48,867 bases of DNA from assembly GCA_964531905.1 (NCBI GenBank), contig CAZHHF010000001.1, positions 1 through 48,867 of the forward strand. Direction: 5' to 3'. Source of the stretch: an uncultured Bacteroides sp. Its GTDB lineage: Bacteria; Bacteroidota; Bacteroidia; Bacteroidales; Muribaculaceae. The position numbers and the translations under genes are program-made. Below the pieces are notes generated by a model, which worked only from the letters and a program-made list of their open reading frames with translations, was not told the DNA's origin and did no database searches. Shown piece after piece: positions 45,115 through 48,867 of the stretch. Within the stretch, counting starts at the first letter, position 1. Each line of letters opens with the position of its first letter.

Positions 45115-48100
45115 TTAGAAAGTCACGTTCAGACCGAAAGTGAACATTTTTGTGATCGGGTACTGGTTTGATTCAGTCTGCTCGGGGTCAATACAGTTGG
45201 TCTTCATGTGGTGCCATGTGAAGAGGTTGGTGCCGCTTACATAGGCGCGTACTTTGGTCAGACCGATAGTTTTGAGAGCTTTCTTTGACAGCGAGTAGCC
45301 GAGTTCTACGTTCTTCAGGCGGAGGAACGAGCGGTCCATGATGAAGAAATCGTTGGCGAGGTGGCTCACTGAGTTTGAAGTAGAGAGAGCAGGATAAGTG
45401 ATTTTGGCTCCCGATTCATAGCGTTCCTGAGTCCATGCGTTGCGGTGATATTCAGTATAGAAACCGGTAAGACCGAGTTCGTTGACACCGTAGCCCGAAT
45501 AAGCCTGTGATACTTTGCCTACACCCTGGAACTGGCAGGAGAAGTCAAACTGACGATATTTTGCAGTTGCTCCGAAACCGTAAGTGATACGGGGAATTGC
45601 GCTGTACTTGATGGGCGAGACATCTTTTTCGTCAATAGATCCATCGTTGTTAACGTCGGAGTAAAGGAAGTCTCCCAAACGCGGAGTTCCAACCTTATAA
45701 GCTTCTTTTGCCCACGCAAGTTCTTCGGGAGTGTTGATGTAGCCGTTGCCGTTGGAGTAGTCGATCTTGTAACCCCAGCACTGTTTCAGGCTGTAGCCGG
45801 TAGAACGATACTGATAAGCGTATTCTTCACCATATTTTACTTCATCGAGGAACTTAACCTTGTTGTGGTTGTAGGCGAAGTTTCCGTTGAGGCTGAAACT
45901 GAAATTCTTATTGATTTTCTTGTGCCAGCTTGCGTCGAATTCGAAACCTGAGTTGTCGACCTTACCCATGTTTACTTTAGGTAATGCCGATGTGGGGATA
46001 CCGTTGATCTGAGGTACGGTAGAACGGCTGATAAGAATATCTTCGCGGTTTTCACGGAAGTAATCGACTGCGATCTGAAGTTCGTTTCCGAGGATGGTTG
46101 CGTCGATACCATAGTTCTGTTTGTAGGCGATTTCCCATCCGATGTTCGGGTTACCGAATTTCACATAGTTGATGTATGATCCGCTACCGAGTGAAGCGAT
46201 ACCGATGTTGTTGCTTCCGCTTACAAGATTGATTTTGTCAAGGTAGAGGAAGCGGTCGTCACCGAGCTTATCGTTACCGACTTTACCGTAAGATCCACGA
46301 AGTTTGAGGCGGGTAACGAAGTTATTGTCCTTCATGAATTCCTCATTGCTGATGACCCAGCCGAGTGATACAGCGGGGAAGAAACCGAAGCGGTGTCCTT
46401 TGGCGAACTGCTCCGAACCGTTGTAGCCGAGGTTAACTTCGGCCAGGTAGCGGCTGTCGTAACCATAAGTTGCACGTGCTGCGACACCGATCATGTTGTA
46501 GGGCAGGTCTGCGGCATATTTCTGCCAGTTGTCGCGCTGAACGAGTGCCATACCTGTTACACGGTGAGGACCGAAGTCACGCTCGTAGTTGATTGAATAC
46601 TGGATGTTTAGGTAGTAGTTGGTGTAGTTGGTCTTGGTGAGTGCGATAGCGTCGTTTTTGTCACCTGTGATGTCGTTGTAGTAGTTGTTTCCATCTTCGG
46701 TGGTTGCGCTGTTGGCACCGTAAGAACGATATTCACGCTGAGCGTTGCGGGTGTTGTAGGCTTTTGAGTCGAAAGCAACGAGGAGTTTCGTGCTGAGACC
46801 TTTGGTAATGAAGTCGAGACCCCAGTCTACAACGAATGAAGATTCGAGACGCATGTCGGTCTCGTTCATGTAACCGCGACGGTTAAGGTCACCGTAGATG
46901 TTACGTCCGGCAGGTGCGCCAATCTGTTGAACGATGTTGCCCGGTTCTACGGGAGTTCCGTCATCGAGAGTATAGCCTGCTTCGGTGTACGGACCAACCT
47001 GAGTCGGGTCAGTTGCCCAGATATAGCTCATTGCGTTGACAACCATGTTTTTACGGCTGGTGAAGATGCCGCCCGATGCAGGGCTGTTCACTTTTCCGAG
47101 GTAAGATGCGACGTTCAACGAGAGTTTGAAATTCTTGGTTACGTTGAAGTCGAGGTTAGAACGGAAGTTGAAGCGGTTGCTGTGGAATCCGGGATCATAG
47201 CCGAGTTTGCTCTTGTCTTCGGTTTTAAGCTGACCGCTCTGGCCGAGGTAACCGATGTTGAGGAAGTAGCGCACTTTGTCGTTACCTCCGTTTACGTTAA
47301 CGTTGATACGGGTCTGGGGCGCCCAGCTTTTGAAATATTCGCTGTAAACGTCGCGGTCGGGGAAGAATACGGGATCAGTTCCGTTTTTGTACATGTTGAT
47401 CATGTAGGGTGTGTAGGGGAGCTGATCTTCAGCTGTTCCGTCGTTACGGAATGCCTGATTGCGCAGTTCGGCAAATTCCCATGAGTGGATGCGGGTGGGC
47501 TGGAAAGCGAATTTCTGCATGCTGTAGTTGGCAGCGACGCTTACCTGAGCTTTTCCGGTTTCACCACGGCGGGTTGTTACGAGAATCACACCGTTGGCAC
47601 CACGCACACCGAATACAGCTGTCGCTGATGCATCCTTCAGGATTGAAACGGTCTGAACTTCGTTAGGATCGAGTGAAGATATATCGTCACGGGGAACACC
47701 GTCGATGAGGATCAGCGGTGACTGGCCGTTGGTGGTGCTGGCACCACGGAGATAAATGGTAACGTCATCGACACCGGGCATACCTGAAGTCTGGAGAGTG
47801 GTAAGACCGGGGAGACGTCCGGCGAGTGCTGTTGTGAGGTTCGCTGCTGCTGTCTGTGAGATAGTCTCGGCGCTGACTGCAGCTACAGAACCGGTCATTG
47901 TTTCTTTTTTCTGTGTACCGTAAGCAACAACAACCACTTCTTCAAGGGCTTGTGCGTTGGTTTTAAGTTTGATCTTGAGTGGATCGGATGCGTTGGTGAC
48001 TTTTACTTTCTCGGGCATGTAACCGACGTATGTGAAAGTAAGTGTTGTCGGAAGCTTCACGTTAAGCTGGAAATTGCCGTCGAAGTCGGTAGCCACACCT

Positions 48101-48309
48101 GCTTTGGAATCAGCTGCAATAACGCTGACACCGATCAGTGGTTCACCATCTTCGTCGACAACGGTTCCTTTCACCAATGTTGCGCTGGCTCCCTGCTGCA
48201 TAGGCTCGGGAGAAACGGCTTCATTAGCGAATCCGTTGAGTGGAGTACCCACAAGCGAGAGCAGAAGCATTGCGGTTCCGGCTCTCAGAGTTAGATAGTT
48301 TTTTCTCAT
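45115..48309 (-). CDS. SusC/RagA-family TonB-dependent transporter (pair 1 of the tandem)
   Basis: 1064 aa. VKGTVVDEDGEPLIGVSVIAADS (CarboxypepD_reg). LEEVVVVAYGTQKKETMTGSVAAVS (TonB box/plug). DVNNDGSIDEKD. C-terminal FTFGLNVTF. Confidence 0.9.
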   Translation of the reverse strand: MRKNYLTLRAGTAMLLLSLVGTPLNGFANEAVSPEPMQQGASATLVKGTVVDEDGEPLIGVSVIAADSKAGVATDFDGNFQLNVKLPTTLTFTYVGYMPEKVKVTNASDPLKIKLKTNAQALEEVVVVAYGTQKKETMTGSVAAVSAETISQTAAANLTTALAGRLPGLTTLQTSGMPGVDDVTIYLRGASTTNGQSPLILIDGVPRDDISSLDPNEVQTVSILKDASATAVFGVRGANGVILVTTRRGETGKAQVSVAANYSMQKFAFQPTRIHSWEFAELRNQAFRNDGTAEDQLPYTPYMINMYKNGTDPVFFPDRDVYSEYFKSWAPQTRINVNVNGGNDKVRYFLNIGYLGQSGQLKTEDKSKLGYDPGFHSNRFNFRSNLDFNVTKNFKLSLNVASYLGKVNSPASGGIFTSRKNMVVNAMSYIWATDPTQVGPYTEAGYTLDDGTPVEPGNIVQQIGAPAGRNIYGDLNRRGYMNETDMRLESSFVVDWGLDFITKGLSTKLLVAFDSKAYNTRNAQREYRSYGANSATTEDGNNYYNDITGDKNDAIALTKTNYTNYYLNIQYSINYERDFGPHRVTGMALVQRDNWQKYAADLPYNMIGVAARATYGYDSRYLAEVNLGYNGSEQFAKGHRFGFFPAVSLGWVISNEEFMKDNNFVTRLKLRGSYGKVGNDKLGDDRFLYLDKINLVSGSNNIGIASLGSGSYINYVKFGNPNIGWEIAYKQNYGIDATILGNELQIAVDYFRENREDILISRSTVPQINGIPTSALPKVNMGKVDNSGFEFDASWHKKINKNFSFSLNGNFAYNHNKVKFLDEVKYGEEYAYQYRSTGYSLKQCWGYKIDYSNGNGYINTPEELAWAKEAYKVGTPRLGDFLYSDVNNDGSIDEKDVSPIKYSAIPRITYGFGATAKYRQFDFSCQFQGVGKVSQAYSGYGVNELGLTGFYTEYHRNAWTQERYESGAKITYPALSTSNSVSHLANDFFIMDRSFLRLKNVELGYSLSKKALKTIGLTKVRAYVSGTNLFTWHHMKTNCIDPEQTESNQYPITKMFTFGLNVTF

Positions 48310-48415
48310 TTTTTACTGGTTGACGATGATTGGTCAAAGATTAATTCAAGATTGGTTTTCAATGATATGGCACGTAGCCATGTCTCATAGTTTTAAATTT
48401 ACAAGGGTTAGATGT

Positions 48416-48867
48416 TCATTTTTCTGAAAGGTAGTTTATTTGATTATTTAGTTTATAGATTTCAGCGCGGATATTGTCGAGCGTATCGACAATGAGGTAG
48501 TATTCATATTGGAATACCGATTTTTTACCCAGTTTTGTAGAACAAAGAGGTGCGATATAGGATGTTGCGATACTGAGATCGTCACCATCGGTGGAGTCGC
48601 TGTAGCGACCGGCGATAAATCGTTCGGCTTTAGGACTATATACGCCCATACCCCATAGATTGTCATCGACGAATGCCATCCATTTTTCGGTTACTTTGGG
48701 ATATTTACCCCAGAAACTTCCTGGAACGTCAAGATGGATCTGAACAACTTCGGGATTGTCGAGTTTGTCACCTGTAAACGGATGATCACCGAAATAGGAG
48801 TAGAGATTCTTGAGAGCCGATATTGGATATACGGCGGGGATCTCCTGGTCTTTTTTGGTAGGTTTAC
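48416..48867 (-). CDS. C-terminal part of a protein of unknown function; the 5' end lies beyond the right window edge
   Basis: The track lists an 87-aa ORF from ATG 48679. The same frame stays open to the window end. My translation of 48680-48865 is KPTKKDQEIPAVYPISALKNLYSYFGDHPFTGDKLDNPEVVQIHLDVPGSFWGKYPKVTEKW, continuing into MAFVDDNLWGMGVY... I recognise no family. Confidence 0.5.
   Translation of the reverse strand, partial: KPTKKDQEIPAVYPISALKNLYSYFGDHPFTGDKLDNPEVVQIHLDVPGSFWGKYPKVTEKWMAFVDDNLWGMGVYSPKAERFIAGRYSDSTDGDDLSIATSYIAPLCSTKLGKKSVFQYEYYLIVDTLDNIRAEIYKLNNQINYLSEK

Noticed and set aside
46927-47484. 185-aa plus-strand ORF inside the SusC gene
   Set aside because: It is antisense to a full-length SusC, with no independent signals. 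This is a shadow ORF.
48416-48679. 87-aa ORF treated as a complete small gene
   Set aside because: The frame remains open upstream to the window edge with protein-like sequence, so this is the C-terminus of a larger gene.
1-48867. Scan for mobile elements, defence systems, CRISPR arrays, tRNA/rRNA, or prophage content
   Set aside because: I found no transposase, integrase, nuclease-ATPase or methylase-like ORFs. There are no spaced direct-repeat arrays and no tRNA-like cloverleaf candidates in the short intergenic regions. Every ORF longer than 150 aa is explained by nutrient-acquisition or catabolic families.

Overview
This looks like a Bacteroidota (Bacteroidales-like) chromosomal segment. 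Evidence: four SusC/SusD pairs, lipoprotein signal peptides, T9SS C-terminal sorting tails and TAnnTTTG-type -7 boxes. It is almost entirely coding. I saw no rRNA, tRNA, CRISPR array, transposase, integrase or recognisable defence genes.

Layout, left to right:
(1) Rhamnose catabolism on the minus strand. rhaA is truncated by the window edge and absent from the ORF track. rhaB sits upstream of it.
(2) A ~19 kb, 12-gene minus-strand Sus-like operon (2418-21416). It encodes SusC, SusD, a GDPD phosphodiesterase, an FAD oxidoreductase, an MBL-fold hydrolase, two SASA/GQSNM esterases, a Ser-type sulfatase, two paralogous metallophosphoesterases and two unknown proteins with T9SS sorting tails. I can recognise no glycoside hydrolase or polysaccharide lyase in it.
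(3) Directly upstream lies a three-gene operon (polyol dehydrogenase, PfkB sugar kinase, secreted alkaline phosphatase), divergent from a LacI-family regulator. Triple direct repeats sit in the shared intergenic region.
(4) A plus-strand SusC/SusD pair with no enzymes. Its SusC is interrupted by a frameshift inside a G8 homopolymer.
(5) A convergent minus-strand block holds two tandem SusC/SusD pairs, an FN3-like surface lipoprotein, a hairpin, a GH127-like enzyme and an unusual EEP-phosphoesterase::GH3 fusion.

The main lead is the concentration of phosphoesterase folds (GDPD, 2x metallophosphoesterase, alkaline phosphatase, EEP, possibly MBL and the sulfatase fold) around a glycosidase-free Sus-like transporter. 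This suggests uptake and breakdown of a phosphodiester-linked polymer (teichoic-acid or phosphoglycan type) or organophosphate scavenging. All functional calls rest on motifs read by eye; no searches were run.
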